Source: Eledone cirrhosa (lineage: Eukaryota). From it: a stretch of 64,000 bases of DNA. The position numbers were made by a program, and so were the translations under genes. The DNA is taken from positions 30,070,001 through 30,134,000 of the forward strand of contig OZ024742.1 in NCBI GenBank assembly GCA_964016885.1, given 5' to 3'. Below, one piece after another: positions 36,874-50,004 of this stretch (the stretch's first letter is position 1; every line of letters starts with the position of its first letter). The notes beneath the pieces were generated by a model, which was not told the DNA's origin, did not search any database, and saw nothing but the letters and a program-made list of their open reading frames with translations.

Positions 36874-39144
36874 GAAATTGTCGAATAGGAAATCACCAGG
36901 CCCAGACTTCATTACAGGATACTGGTTGAAGAATTTCACTTTCTATCGGCAAGATCTCATACGGCTGTTTACAGAAACCATTAAAGGCACACAAGAACTG
37001 CCCAGATGGTTATCAACTGCCATTACTCTCCCCATTCCCCAAAATAGCCAAACCACCCTTGCTAAAAATTACCGCCCAATAGCCTGCAAAAACATCATGT
37101 ATAAATTATATACTGGGTGTCTTAACCTGTTCTTACAGGATCACTGTGCTACCAACAACATCATAACACCTGAGCAAGCTGGTGGAAAGAGGGAGGTGTG
37201 GGGTTGCATAAATCACCTACTAACTAATAAAATGATTCAAGAAAAAACAACAAAGAATCGCAGAAACATGACTGTGGTGTGGCTGGACTATCAAAAAGCA
37301 TTTTATAGTGTACCTCATGGGTGGATTGTTAATGCTTTACAGTTAGCCAAAGTCCCACAACCACTGGTAGCTGTTGTTGAACGTCTGACCAAGAACTGGT
37401 ACACCAATTTGATCCTTAGAGGTGAGAAGGAGCAAGTTAAGACTGATAGTATACATTACCAGAAGGGCATCTTTCAGGGTGATAGCTTGTCAGTGCTACT
37501 CTTCGTTCTCTCACTAAATCCACTATTTTACCTACTCAGGAAACAAGGTGGACAAAGAAGTGGGCCCAGAAGTATCTCCCATCTTTTCTTTGTTGATGAC
37601 CTGAAGTTGTATGGGCCAAATATCAATGACATCAAGAAACAATTGGACCTCATTACACAATTTTCAACAGACATCAAAATGAAATTTGGGGAGTCCAACT
37701 GTGCATATTTGGCAGTAAAACGTGGAAGAGCTGTGCCCTCCTCTAGAAATCTAGAGATGAACGGCCTGACAATACAACCTCTACAGTCAGGTGACAACTA
37801 CAGATATCTTGGACAGGATGAGAATGTCAGATATGATGGACCCATAAATAAGGAGAGAACCAGAACTGAATACCTCAGAAGAGTAAAGAAAATATGGTCA
37901 TCAGAACTGTCAGCGTACAACAAATACATTGCCCACAATACTTATGCTGTGCCAATTCTAACGCCAACATTTGGTCTGCTGAACTGGTCATTGCAAGAAC
38001 TAAGTGAGATGGATGTTAGAACTCGCAAACTTCTCAGTGTTACTGGGAACTTTAACATCAATGGTGATGTGGATAGGCTATACTTCTCACGCAAGGAAGG
38101 TGGCCGGGGTCTAAAATCCATATTAACATCATATGAGACCCGGATAGTAACACTGAAGCAACACCTTCAACAGAGGAAAAAGGTTGGCAACCATCTTGCC
38201 CAGGTTTATGAGCATGAAAAAAAATATCATTCGAATAGCCACTGATCCAGAGGAAAGATATGGAATAAAGCCTGATATAAATCTTTCACCCAGAGAAATC
38301 GGAAGATCCTATTCAATGTTCAAACAAGAGGAAAAAATTGACCAATTTACCGAAAAAGTTGTGCATGGATACTTGAGACGTAAAACACAGACCATAGAGG
38401 GGATAAACCATTCAAAAAGCCTGGCATAGAGTTCCGACAAGTTTATGACATCACATCTTGAGGGATATCTCTGTACAATACAGGAACAAGAACTCCCTAC
38501 CAAATATCTGCTGCACAAAAGGGGATGGCCATCAGCTGACAATAAATGTAGGCTATGTAAAACAAAGATCGAGGATGTAAGCCACATTGTTGCCAGCTGC
38601 GAAAGAATGTCATCTCGCTACTACCTCCCCATGAGACACGATGGGATAGCTACAACCATCTGGAACGCACTTCGGAAAACAAAATTAACAACAAACGAGG
38701 AAGAATATATTGAGCCAGATGGCACTAAGGAACCTGAAAATAAAAACTGCCACCAAATTAAAGCGCAACCGGCCTGATATTGTTGTTTGGGACCGCACAT
38801 TGGAAACGTGTTCTGTTGTGGAGATCAGCTGCCCACTTGATGTAAACGTTGTCAGAAAAATACAGGAGAAGGAGGACATCTACGGACCATTGATGAGGAG
38901 TTTGCAAATCCAGTATCCAAGATACACATTTAGCTTCATACCCATCATTATTGGAGCTACGGGTTATATACCAACCCGTTTGGACCAAAGTATAACTGAA
39001 CTTGGATTTGCGGACAAAGAGCGCATTCATACATATCTACCTAGTTGATGTTGTGTAAATTCCAATGAGAGAGTCTTGTGTCTATGTTAGAAAAAGACTC
39101 TCTCTCTATTGGCAAAATTTTGTGAAATTATAAAACCAGAAGAA
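36874..39144 (+). mobile_element. 5'-truncated R4/Dong-clade non-LTR retrotransposon (RT, CCHC, PD-(D/E)xK endonuclease), pseudogenised
   Basis: KSPGPD, NYRPIAC, WLDYQKAF, GIFQGDSLS, HLFFVDDLKLY, CRLC..HIVASC, RHD, RPDIVV..VVEISCP..K. Frameshifts near 38220 and 38730, stop at 38427. Confidence 0.9.
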
Positions 39145-39220
39145 CATACATACATACATACATACATACATACATACATACATACATACATACATACATA
39201 CATACATACATACATACATA
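39145..39220. repeat. (CATA)n right flank of the R4-type element
   Basis: Read directly. Confidence 0.96.
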
Positions 39221-39222
39221 CA

Positions 39223-39420
39223 CGAGGGTTGATTGAAAAAGTTCATCGGCTGACTATGAAGGAGTGATGGTGGAGCTGTGAAATATTGCATGCATTCATT
39301 TCAACTCTTCTTATTAATAACTTTGTTGTTTCATTCCGGGGACTATGTTGAAAAATAAACTTCATTTGATCATTCCATGAGAGCATCTTGGTCACCTTAA
39401 GAACTTTCCAGCCGACCTCG
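39223..39420 (+). mobile_element. Tc1/mariner-type MITE
   Basis: Imperfect TIRs CGAGGGTTGATTGAAAAAGTTC / GAACTTTCCAGCCGACCTCG, with TA at the right end. Confidence 0.7.
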
Positions 39421-39970
39421 TATGTACAATGGAAGTAAGCAAAATGTTTTCAGTGAAGGTTTATTTATGGTAAAACTTCACATCATTAATATTAAAATTG
39501 TGTTTTGGTAGAAGCAATGGAATGACAGATTGGTAATCCCACCGGAGACTGCTTAGTTCCTCATTCATCTGGGTCGATAAAAGAAGTTCGATTAGTGAAG
39601 TAAACTTGATTCAATAACTTTCCCAACATCTGTAGCCCTATTTTGGACGTACGGATCAATATTCTTGGCTACTGAGGTGGCAAAAACACTAAAGTAATTG
39701 AATCAATGTCTTCTGTAATTTCACTAACGAGATTCTGAGTTCGAATACCGCCGGGGGTGATAATCTCTTAATAATCCCTCTGTGCTAATCTAACATATAT
39801 ACCATAGTTTGAAATGTTGGTTCAATATTGCGTCTTTCTTACTTTAAAAATTCATCACGTTCTGGTTTCTGTGATAGTTCGAAATCGATATTGTTATATT
39901 CAGAAATCAATATTGTCTTTTAATATGAGTTCAAATTCTGCCGATGTCAATGTTGCATTTTGTCTATTTT

Positions 39971-40062
<92 letters not shown>

Positions 40063-40074
40063 GCTCTTTCTCAC

Positions 40075-40107
<33 letters not shown>

Positions 40108-40399
40108 AATGAAAGGTATAGAAAGTATTGTAGCAAGAAGCCAACAGTATTCCATAATATATAAGTGACTATAGCGTCAAAATGGGAAAATAGTTAACGT
40201 AAGATGTGGGAAAAATAATTCAAACTCAATTCAAAAAGAATCAGGATATAGACTTATCCAACAGAATTTAGTGAAATCCAGGGAAAAATCAATAGAGCCT
40301 TAACTCATGATAAAATAAAGTTTAAAATACTCATCCTTCAATTTGGGACAAATGCTCTGTATAGTCTTGAAAAAGACTATTTCACGTAAACTTTCAGTG

Positions 40400-40463
<64 letters not shown>

Positions 40464-40640
40464 AAGTGAGAGAGAGAGATCTAGCGAGCTAGACATGATA
40501 TATATATATATATATATATATATTTACTTATGAAAAATTCAGGACCCAGGCATATAGATTAATAGATAGATATCTTTCTTTATTTTCCACAGGGGCGTAC
40601 AAAAAGGGAACACTACAAGACGTGACGGCCGGGGTTTCAC

Positions 40641-40698
<58 letters not shown>

Positions 40699-40879
40699 TC
40701 AAAATAAACAAACACCACCACCAACACCACACTACCACGACCACCACGCTCTGCACTACCACCACCACCAACACCACCACCCTCCACCACCACATATTTT
40801 AAACTGCTATCAAATAATTCAACAACAACACACCACCAAAAAAAGTAAGATCACCCCCACACCCCGGGGGTTCAAAAGG

Positions 40880-41668
40880 TGGGGTAGGGGATGGAGCGAG
40901 TTATGTAGTGGAATATATAGAGGGGGAGAGGATTTGGTGGTCTAGTGAAAGCGGATTAATTGTGAGAAAGAGAGAGTGGGGTGTGTTGTGGAATATAGAG
41001 AGGGGGAGATAGATTAGTGATCTAGTGAGAGAGGGGAAATTGAGAGAGAGTGAGGTGGAGAGAGTTTGCTGTTTTAGTGAGAGAGGGGGAATTGTCAGAG
41101 AGAGTGTGGTATGTAGTGAGATATAGAGAGGGGGAGTGAATTTGGTTGTCTAGTGAGAGAGGGGAAATTGTGAGAGAGAGTGAAATATGTAGATGGATAG
41201 AGAGGGGGATAGAATTTGTTTGTTTAATGAGAGAGGAGAAATTAAGAGAGTGAGGTATGTAGTGGTATATAGAGAGGGGAAGAGAATGTGGTGGCTGAGT
41301 GAGAGAGGGGGAATTGTGAGAGGGTGAGGTGTGTAGTGGTATAGAGTGAGGGAAGAGTTTGTTGGCTTAGCGAGAGAGGGTGAGGCATGTAGTGAGGTAT
41401 AGAGAGGGGGTATTGTGAGAGTGAGTGATGTATGTAGTGGGATATAGAAAGCGGGAGAGAATTTGTTGGTTTAGTGAGAGAGAGGGCATTGTGAGAGTGA
41501 AAGAGAGTGAGGTATGTAGTGACATATAGAGAGGGGGAGTTAATTTGATGGTCTAGTGAGGGAGAGGAAATTCTTGGAGAGCGTGTTATATGTAGTCATA
41601 TATAGAGAGCGGGAGAGAATTTGTTGGTTTAGTGAGAGAGGGGTAATTAAGAGAGTGAAAGAGAGTTA
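40880..41668. repeat. Degenerate purine-rich ~70-bp tandem repeat
   Basis: Recurrent tatgtagtg..atatagagaggggg..tttggtggtctagtgagagagggg. Confidence 0.85.
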
Positions 41669-41733
41669 TGTTTGATATTGGGTTTCGCAGTAAAGTGGCT
41701 GTGTATATGTGTGCGTGTATTTATATGTCTATG

Positions 41734-41765
<32 letters not shown>

Positions 41766-41869
41766 CTTATACATGTATGTATATGTGTGCGTGTATTTAT
41801 ATGTCTATGTCTATGTATATATATGTGTGTGTGTGTGTGTGTGTGCTTATACATGTATGTATATGTGTG

Positions 41870-42140
41870 TGAAAGTGCCTGTATTCGGCTCACAATCTTG
41901 AGTTCCATTTCCGTCAGCACGTTGTGTCCTTGAGCAAGATACTTTATTTCACGTTACTCCAGTCCACTCAGCTGGCAAAAATGAGTTGAACCTGCATTGG
42001 CAGGACCAGCCTTGCTACACACTGTGTCACACTGAATATCCACGTGAACTACGTAAAGGGTACACGTGTCCGTGAAATGCTCAACAACTTGCAAGTTAAT
42101 TTCACGAGTAGACGGCTGTGTCTGTGACCTATATACACTG
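41870..42140 (+). mobile_element. SINE with CORE-like segment
   Basis: Decayed B-box gagttccatttcc, then gtgtccttgagcaagatacttt (CORE-like), then (CA)n tail. Confidence 0.6.
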
Positions 42141-42163
42141 TTCACAGACACACACACATATAT

Positions 42164-42215
<52 letters not shown>

Positions 42216-42292
42216 GCACTTAGAAACCTTTTCTTATTAGGAGGAAATATTTGCTACTCTCTCACAACAACTATCTCTTTCTCTCTATATTG

Positions 42293-42341
<49 letters not shown>

Positions 42342-42518
42342 TGAAGGTACCCAGAAAAACTTTGTATCTCGGGAACCCGTGTTCCGATTTACGCGTAATT
42401 TGTTTTATTCCCTCTGTGTTCCCATTTCGGGCAAATTCCTTTCAAAGTATTTTCCCATTATGCGCCGTTTTTTTATTGTATTAAATTACAGACAAGCACA
42501 CAATCACAGAGTTTTAGT

Positions 42519-42580
<62 letters not shown>

Positions 42581-43046
42581 GATTTGTATGTATGTAAATA
42601 TATATATATGTGGGTGTGTGTGCGCGCGTGTGTGTGTGTGTGTGTGTGTGTGTACGTAAATGTATATATATATATATAATATTATATATAGAGTTATACA
42701 TTCAAATAGTCTTTTACAATTAAATTGGTGTGATACAAATTTAAAATTTAAAATTTAAAATTTGTCCAGGTATCACGGCTATTGCCAATATAGGTTTGTT
42801 TTTATTGATTTATTATTTTAAATCGAGACAGGCAAACCGTATTATTTTAATTAGTATTTTTCAATCTAGCTAACTTGGTCATTTGCAATGGAAACACATG
42901 TATACTTGTATCAGTGTTTATCCCTATCATATATTCATTTGTATATATATATATATATATATACATTTACGCACACACACACACACGCACAAATGTATAT
43001 ATATATATATACATTTACGTACACACACACACACACACGCACACAA

Positions 43047-43091
<45 letters not shown>

Positions 43092-43487
43092 CAGGTATAT
43101 ATATATATATATATAATTTAAAAAAGAAACAGAAATGCATATGTTTATCAGTTAAAGAAGAGAAAGCAAAAAGAAATGTGTATGTATGTGTGTGTGCATT
43201 TATTTTATTTTTATTATGAAAAAAAATAGGAGAAAAAAATAGAAATATATATATGATTATCATTTTTAATAATTAAATGGAGTTTTGAAAAATAAACATA
43301 AAATGTTTACATTTATTTTTTTTTTTTTAATGGATAAAAAAAACCCCAGAAAATATATATTTTATGGAAATTAAAATATGAGAAATAAAGCAGAAATAAA
43401 ACAGAAATAAAGTGAAATAAACAGAAAGTGAAATTCGATATTTAACATAAGATTTGATGAGAATTAATAAGCGTTCGATAGAAAGAA

Positions 43488-43645
43488 ATTTAGCGCCAAG
43501 ATCGAATCTACATACAATAGCGTCCGTCGATCTAAGCAATTTAGCGCCAAGATCGAATCTATATACAATAGCCCCGGTCAAACCAGCCAATCATATCGAA
43601 TCTATATACAATAGTCCCGGTCAAACCAGCCAATCATATCGAGTT
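43488..43645. repeat. Staggered 36-51-bp tandem duplications
   Basis: atttagcgccaagatcgaatcta twice, atcgaatctayatacaatag three times, ccggtcaaaccagccaatcatatcga twice. Confidence 0.85.
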
Positions 43646-44070
43646 AAATAGTAATGTTTTGTTTGTTTTGTTTTCGTTTGTATGTTGTTGTTGTTTGTTT
43701 TTATAGCTGGGATCATATTGGATTTTATTTTATTTCTTATGTTTATTGTTTAACTAATATTATTGTTGTTTTGTTATTAATAATTATATTATTATAATTA
43801 TCAATTTTATTATTATCATTATCATTATCTTTTATTATTTTCATTGTTATTATTATTACTATTACTATTATTGTTATTATCATCATCATCATTATCATCA
43901 TCATCATCATTATCATCACCATTATCATCATTATCATCATCATCTTCATTATCATTGTCATCATCATTATCATCATTATCATCATTATTACTAATTTTAT
44001 TGTTGTTATTATTATTGCTAATGCTTGTATGTTTTTTTTCAAGAACCCTGTATGTGTGTGTATTTATATG

Positions 44071-44112
<42 letters not shown>

Positions 44113-44148
44113 ATGTATGTATATGTGTGTGTATTTATATGGTGTGTG

Positions 44149-44180
<32 letters not shown>

Positions 44181-46005
44181 CATGTATGTATATGTGTGTG
44201 TATATATATGTGTGTGCATGTATGTATGTATGTGTGCATGTATGTACATATGTATGTGCATGTATGTATGTGCATATATGTATATATGTGTGTGCATGTA
44301 TGTATATATGTATGTGCATGTATGTATATATATGTGTGCGCATGTATGTATATATGTGTGTGCATATATGTATATATGTGTGTGCATGTATGTATATATG
44401 TGTGTGCATCTATGTATATATGTGTGTGCATGTATGTATATAAAACTGTGTGCATATATGCGTATTTGTATGTGCATCATCTGTATGTTTGCATGTGTGT
44501 ATTTGTGTTTATGTTTGTTTGTGTGTCTGTGTACATTTTTTATGTTTGTGCTTGTGTATCTGTATATCTTTGTGTGTTTGTGTATATATGTTTATATATG
44601 CATGTGTGTGTGTGTGCGTGTGTGTGTGTGTGTGTGTGTCTGTATGTATGTATGTGTGTCTGTGTGTCTGTGTGTGTGTATGTATGTGTGTGTGTGCATG
44701 TGTGTGTGTGTGTGTGAGTGTGTGTATGTGTGTGCATGTGTCTCTGTGTTTATATATGTGAGTGTGTTTGCATGTCAGAATATCCATATCAGGGTCTATA
44801 ATGATAATATTGATGATGATGATGATAATGATGATGACAATTATGAGGATATTGTTGTTGTTGTTGTTGTTGTTGTTATTGTTATTTCTGTTGTTGTAGT
44901 TGTTGTAGTCTTGTAGCTTTTATATTCCTCCCTGTTGAGTAATTGATATGTTTATTAGCAGTCATACACATGTGAGCAATTAATGTGCTTAGCAATTGTT
45001 CTTTATCAATTTATATATCTCCTCACATTTTTCTCTCTATTACTAATTCTATATAACAAAACAATACATTGTTTGTCCGTCTATTAGTTTAGTCGACACC
45101 CCACCACCACCCCACACACTACCCACAAACCCTTCACTCCGATCTTCATTGTTTTGTATCTTTTCTCATTGTTGTTACTGTTGATTTTTGCTGTTGTTGT
45201 TTGTTTTTTTCTTTTTTTGGTGGATGTTTGGGGCGAAACTTTGGTTTGCCCTGGGAATTCTTATTCCATTCACTCACCGTAGCAATATTGCTTTACGCTC
45301 TTCTAAACATTGTTTACATAGCACAGAGATTCCAGAGTGAAAATTACAAAATTAGTAATAATATAAAATAAAATAAAATAAAGATAATAATAAAAAATAA
45401 TATAACTGAAAGTGAAAATAAAAGTGAAAGTAAATATCACGTGATCTGCGTAAAAATAACAATATTCAAAGTTTCAGTGAAGAATGTTGCACTGATGAAG
45501 AACGGTGAGTTCTAAACCAACGGAATCTCCCATCCAATTTCCATCCATTTATATACAGCTGTTTCTCGTCACTGATGACATCGACGTGAATTTCTTTGCT
45601 GAATGGCCCTGCCTCAGTTTTGACGATGAGTGTTCCAATTTTTCGAGTAACGGAATGTCATGTTTATAACGTAACTCTCAGCGAGATTCGGCGTGACATG
45701 GTCATGTGATAAGACTGGACCTTTTAATTACAGGCACAGCCTATCCAGTAAGTTTCGAAATTTCAATCTATCATATTTCGCTCATAATGTAATTCTCAGG
45801 GAGATTCAGTTTGACGCAGTGTATGATAAGGCTGGACATTTGAATTACAGGTACAGCCTATACAATAAGTTTCCAAATAATTTCAATCTACCATATTTCA
45901 TTCATAGTAAGGCTGTAGTAAAAGAGACATGCCCAAGAGTTGTTTTAAGATCCCCGACGGATGCTAGATCCCGTCATAACATGAAACATTACCTAGTCTC
46001 TAGTT

Positions 46006-46273
46006 CAGGCATGGGCAACCTTTTTCGAGAAGCGAGCCGCATGAGACATGGCTCATCATTAGGCGGACCGCAAGTGCTAATTTAAATTCGTGCCCCATTA
46101 AAAAAGGGTGGTAACTCAGATTGTTTTGATATGTTTCTTCAGAATTCGTACACGTTGTTTTCCTTGATCGTAAAAACGATAGAAAGATAAATTACGACTG
46201 AAAAGCTGGGGTACAAAAATCAGAAAGGACGAGCCATTCAAAAAGTTGAGTGGGCCGCAGGTTGCCATGACTG
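46006..46273. mobile_element. hAT (Charlie-like) MITE
   Basis: TIRs CAGGCATGGGCAACC / GGTTG-CCATGACTG. Perfect 8-bp TSD CTCTAGTT at 45998-46005 and 46274-46281. Confidence 0.9.
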
Positions 46274-46347
46274 CTCTAGTTTATATTCAAGGAATTATGT
46301 GAATAAAGAATTTCATTTAATGGAATTATTGTTGGGCCACTGTCGGT

Positions 46348-46616
46348 TCTAAAAGTCTAAAGTCTGTCTCGAGCCTGGAGGCTCATCAGGCCGTTGTTTA
46401 TACCGGTTTCCGTGATGTGAAACGACTGGGAGAACAAGACCACTCTCCTGGACAAAATGCTAGTTCATCGCAGTGCTAAATATCCAGCTATTGCTGGTAC
46501 TCATTTTCAGCTGGAGCAACGTCAAATGAAGTGTAATGCCCAAGAACACAACACACAACCCAGGAATCGAACCCACGATATTAAGTCCAACATCCTTTCC
46601 ACTAGGCTACGCGCCT
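46348..46616 (-). mobile_element. tRNA-derived SINE with V-domain-like body
   Basis: Minus strand: A-box TAGCCTAGTGG, B-box GGTTCGATTCC, ctgcgatgaactagcat..gtccagg..ggaaaccgg, 3' hairpin and (agacttt) tail. Confidence 0.75.
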
Positions 46617-46639
46617 AAGTATGAGTGGGTGTTAAACGA

Positions 46640-47787
46640 AATAGTCGTTAAGTGAGTAGTAGCTGTATTATAAGTTAAGTGAGTGGTAACACTATTATGA
46701 GTCGTTAAATGAATAGTAGCTGTATTATAAATCGTTAATGAGTAGTAGCTGTATTATAAGTTGTTAAGTGAGTAGTAACTCTATTATAAGTCGTTAAGTG
46801 AGTAGTAGCTGTATTATAAGTCGTTAAATGAGTAGTAGCTGTATTATAAATCGTTAAGTGAGTAGTAATTGTATTATAAGTCGTTAAATGAGTAGTAGTA
46901 GCATTTTAAGTCGTTAAGTGAGTAGTAGCGTATTATAAGTCGTTAAGTGAGTAGTAGCGTATTATAAGTCGTTAAGTGAGTAGTACAGTATTATAAGTCG
47001 TTAAGTGAGTTGTAGCTGTATTATAAGTCGTTAAATGAGTAGTAACTCTATTATAAGTCGTTAAGTGAGTAGTAACTCTATTATAAGTCGTTACGTGAGT
47101 AGTAACTGTATTATAAATCGTTAAGTGAGTAATAGCTGTATTATAAATCGTTAAGTGAGTAATAGCTGTATTATAAGTTGTTAAGTGAGTAATAGCTGTA
47201 TTATAAATCGTTAAGTGAGTAATAGCTGTATTATAAGTTGTTAAGTGAGTAGTAACTCTATTATAAGTTGTTAAGTGAGTAATAGCTGTATTATAAGTTG
47301 TTAAGTGAGTAGTAACTCTATTATAAGTCGTTAAGTGAGTAGTAACTGTATTATAAGTCGTTAAATGAGTAGTAACTATATTATAAGTCGTTAAGTGAGT
47401 AGTAACTGTATTATAAGTCGTTAAATGAGTAGTACAGTATTATAAGTCGTTAAATGAGTAGTACAGTATTATAAGTCGTTAAATGAGTAGTAGCTGTATT
47501 ATAAGTCGTTAAATGAGTAGTACAGTATTATAAGTCGTTAAATGAGTAGTACAGTATTATAAGTCGTTAAATGAGTAGTACAGTATTATAAGTCGTTAAA
47601 TGAGTAGTACAGTATTATAAGTCGTTAAATGAGTAGTAGCTGTATTATAAGTCGTTAAATGAGTAGTACAGTATTATAAGTCGTTAAATGAGTAGTACAG
47701 TATTATAAGTCGTTAAATGAGTAGTACAGTATTATAAGTCGTTAAATGAGTAGTAGCTGTATTATAAGTCGTTAAATGAGTTTATAA
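46640..47787. repeat. 29/30-bp minisatellite (AGTCGTTAARTGAGTAGTAGCTGTATTATA)
   Basis: About 38 units. Confidence 0.95.
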
Positions 47788-47790
47788 TAC

Positions 47791-47967
47791 TTGATTCTAC
47801 TTTAGGCACAAGGCCAGCAATTACCCAGTACATTACTGGTACTTTATTTTATCGACCCCGTAAGGGTGAAAGACAAAGTCAACCTCGGCGGGATTTGAAC
47901 TCAGATCGTAAAGGGACATAACTATGCTGGAAAGCATGGCGTCCGACCCTCTACCGATACTGCCAAT
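47791..47967 (-). mobile_element. Family-A SINE (inverted partner of 48779)
   Basis: Reverse complement of 48789-48970. Confidence 0.85.
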
Positions 47968-48229
47968 ATAATACTGACAGTTTAAATTCAATCTTTGGTT
48001 ACCGCCATGTTAAACTCTTTACATCATATCCCACTTCATTTTCCCCCAAAAAAACGGTTTTTCTTTCAGTAATTAAACCATACATCTCTTAATTTTTACT
48101 TTCAACTGAGAAGACAATCCTTCAACCACCTCACCAAACACCTGATGAAATCTATAATTCAACAAGTCAAATTTCCGTTCAGAATTCCGTCTGACATAAA
48201 GATTTCTCTCCTTTTCCCTTTCTCTCTCA

Positions 48230-48267
<38 letters not shown>

Positions 48268-48281
48268 CTGTCCTTCTCTTT

Positions 48282-48315
<34 letters not shown>

Positions 48316-48328
48316 CTCTCTCTCTCTT

Positions 48329-48375
<47 letters not shown>

Positions 48376-48444
48376 TAAAATAACAGATTAAAGTTTAAGC
48401 AAAGAATCGTTGCTTTCACCCTTAACGGGATCTTCTGAAACTAA

Positions 48445-48775
48445 CAAAGTCAATCTGTAAACGTAGAAGTGGATATTTCAAAAAACGTTGCAACCGGAGG
48501 AAGACAGGAAGACGATACTTTGGTTCGTGGAAACGTTCGCTGGCAAAGAACGGGAAAAAACGAATATAATACGTCATTTGGAGCGGTGAAAAACAATTAC
48601 ACATAAAGACAGAACCACGTTTATGGTATTAAAAGAAGTCGTAGACTAATATTCTCTTACATTAGAGAACATTAGTCTACGACTTCTTGTATACCATAAA
48701 CGTGGTTCTGTCTTTGCGTGTAATTGTTTTTCACCGCTCCTATTAATGACGTATTAGTATTCGTATTATATTCGT
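48445..48775. repeat. Unclassified interspersed repeat ending in a ~100-bp-arm foldback (centre ~48660)
   Basis: 48560-48657 pairs with 48664-48775. A diverged reverse-complement copy lies at 53033-53245. Confidence 0.8.
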
Positions 48776-48778
48776 AAA

Positions 48779-48975
48779 GGACGGTGGATTGGCAGTATCG
48801 GTTAGAGGGTCGGACCGCCATGCTTTCCAGCATAGTTACGTCCCTTTACGATCTGAGTTCAAATCCCGCCGAGGTTAACTTTGTCTTTCATCCTTACGGG
48901 GTCGATAAAAATAAAGTACCAGTAATGCACTGGGTAATTGCTGGGTAATTGTGCCTAAAGTAGAAACAATTATTA
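48779..48975 (+). mobile_element. Family-A SINE
   Basis: A-box TGGCAGTATCGG, B-box GAGTTCAAATCCC, core and tail. Confidence 0.85.
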
Positions 48976-48995
48976 CTATATATATATATATATAT

Positions 48996-49886
48996 TTCCC
49001 TTCTTTCTCGCTCTTCCTCTCTCTCTCTCTTCCACTCTCTCTTTCTCCCTTTCTCTCACTCTCTTCTCTGCTTCCTCTCTCTCCTCCTTTATTATATTTC
49101 TCATTTCTCTTCTCACTCTCTTCTTAATATCTCTTCCTTTCTGCGTCCTCGTCTCTTCTCTCTCCCTCATCTCTTAATATATCTTCCTTTCTCTCTCTCT
49201 CCTTCTCTCTTAATATCTCTTCCTTTCTCTCTCTCTCTCCCTCTCTCTTAATATCTCTTCCTTCTCTCTCTCTCTCTCTCATTCTCTCTTTACTTCTACC
49301 CTTTTCAGTTTCATCTACCCTCAGTCTCTTCTTCCTCTTTTTCTTTCTCTTTGTTTATTTTACTACATTTTATCTTCTTCTTCCACCCCCTCTTCTGCCC
49401 CAACTCTTTCTTTCCTCCTCCCCCTCCTTCTCTTCCTTTTCTTCTCCCTCCTCTTCCTCTTCTTCCTCCCTCTCTTTTTCTTCCACCCCTCTTCTCCTCA
49501 TCTTTCTTTCCTCCTCTCCTCCTCCCTCCTCCTCCCCTCTTCATGTTCTTCTCCCTCTTCCTCCTCTCTCCTCTTCTTGTCCTCCCTCCTCCCTCTTCTT
49601 GTTCTCCCTCCCCCCTCTTCTCCCTCTTCCTCCTCCACATCCGCCTTTTTCTTCCTTCTGTTCTCCCCCCCCCCTCCTTCTCTTCCTTTTCTTCTTCCTC
49701 CGCTTCCCTTTTCTTCCTCCCCTCTCTCTTCTTCCTCTCCCTCTTCTTCCTCCCCCTCTTCTTCCTCACCTCTCTATTCTTCCTCCCCCTCTTCTCTCCC
49801 TCCCCCCTCTCTTCTTCCTCCACCCCTTCTTCTCCACCCCTCTTCTCCTCATCTTTCTTTTCCTCATCACCTCCTCGTCCCCCTCA
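48996..49886. repeat. Polypyrimidine/polypurine low-complexity tract
   Basis: Read directly. Confidence 0.9.
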
Positions 49887-50004
49887 TCAGATATTTACTT
49901 CAATAAAATTCAAGATATAATTGATTTCTTGTTCAATAACGGGGAATATTTTCGTGTGGTCTTTTCTTACTATTTTGCTTTTTCTGGGGTTTAAATGTAT
50001 TTCT

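Noticed and set aside
45488-45530. CTGATGA-AGAAC-ggtga-GTTCT-AAAC
   Set aside because: G12 is missing and there is no stem I/III. At most a dead hammerhead relic.
46362-46393. CTGATGAG..CGAGAC hammerhead-like string on the minus strand
   Set aside because: No GAAA core. GAGCCT/AGGCTC is the SINE's LINE-derived 3' hairpin.
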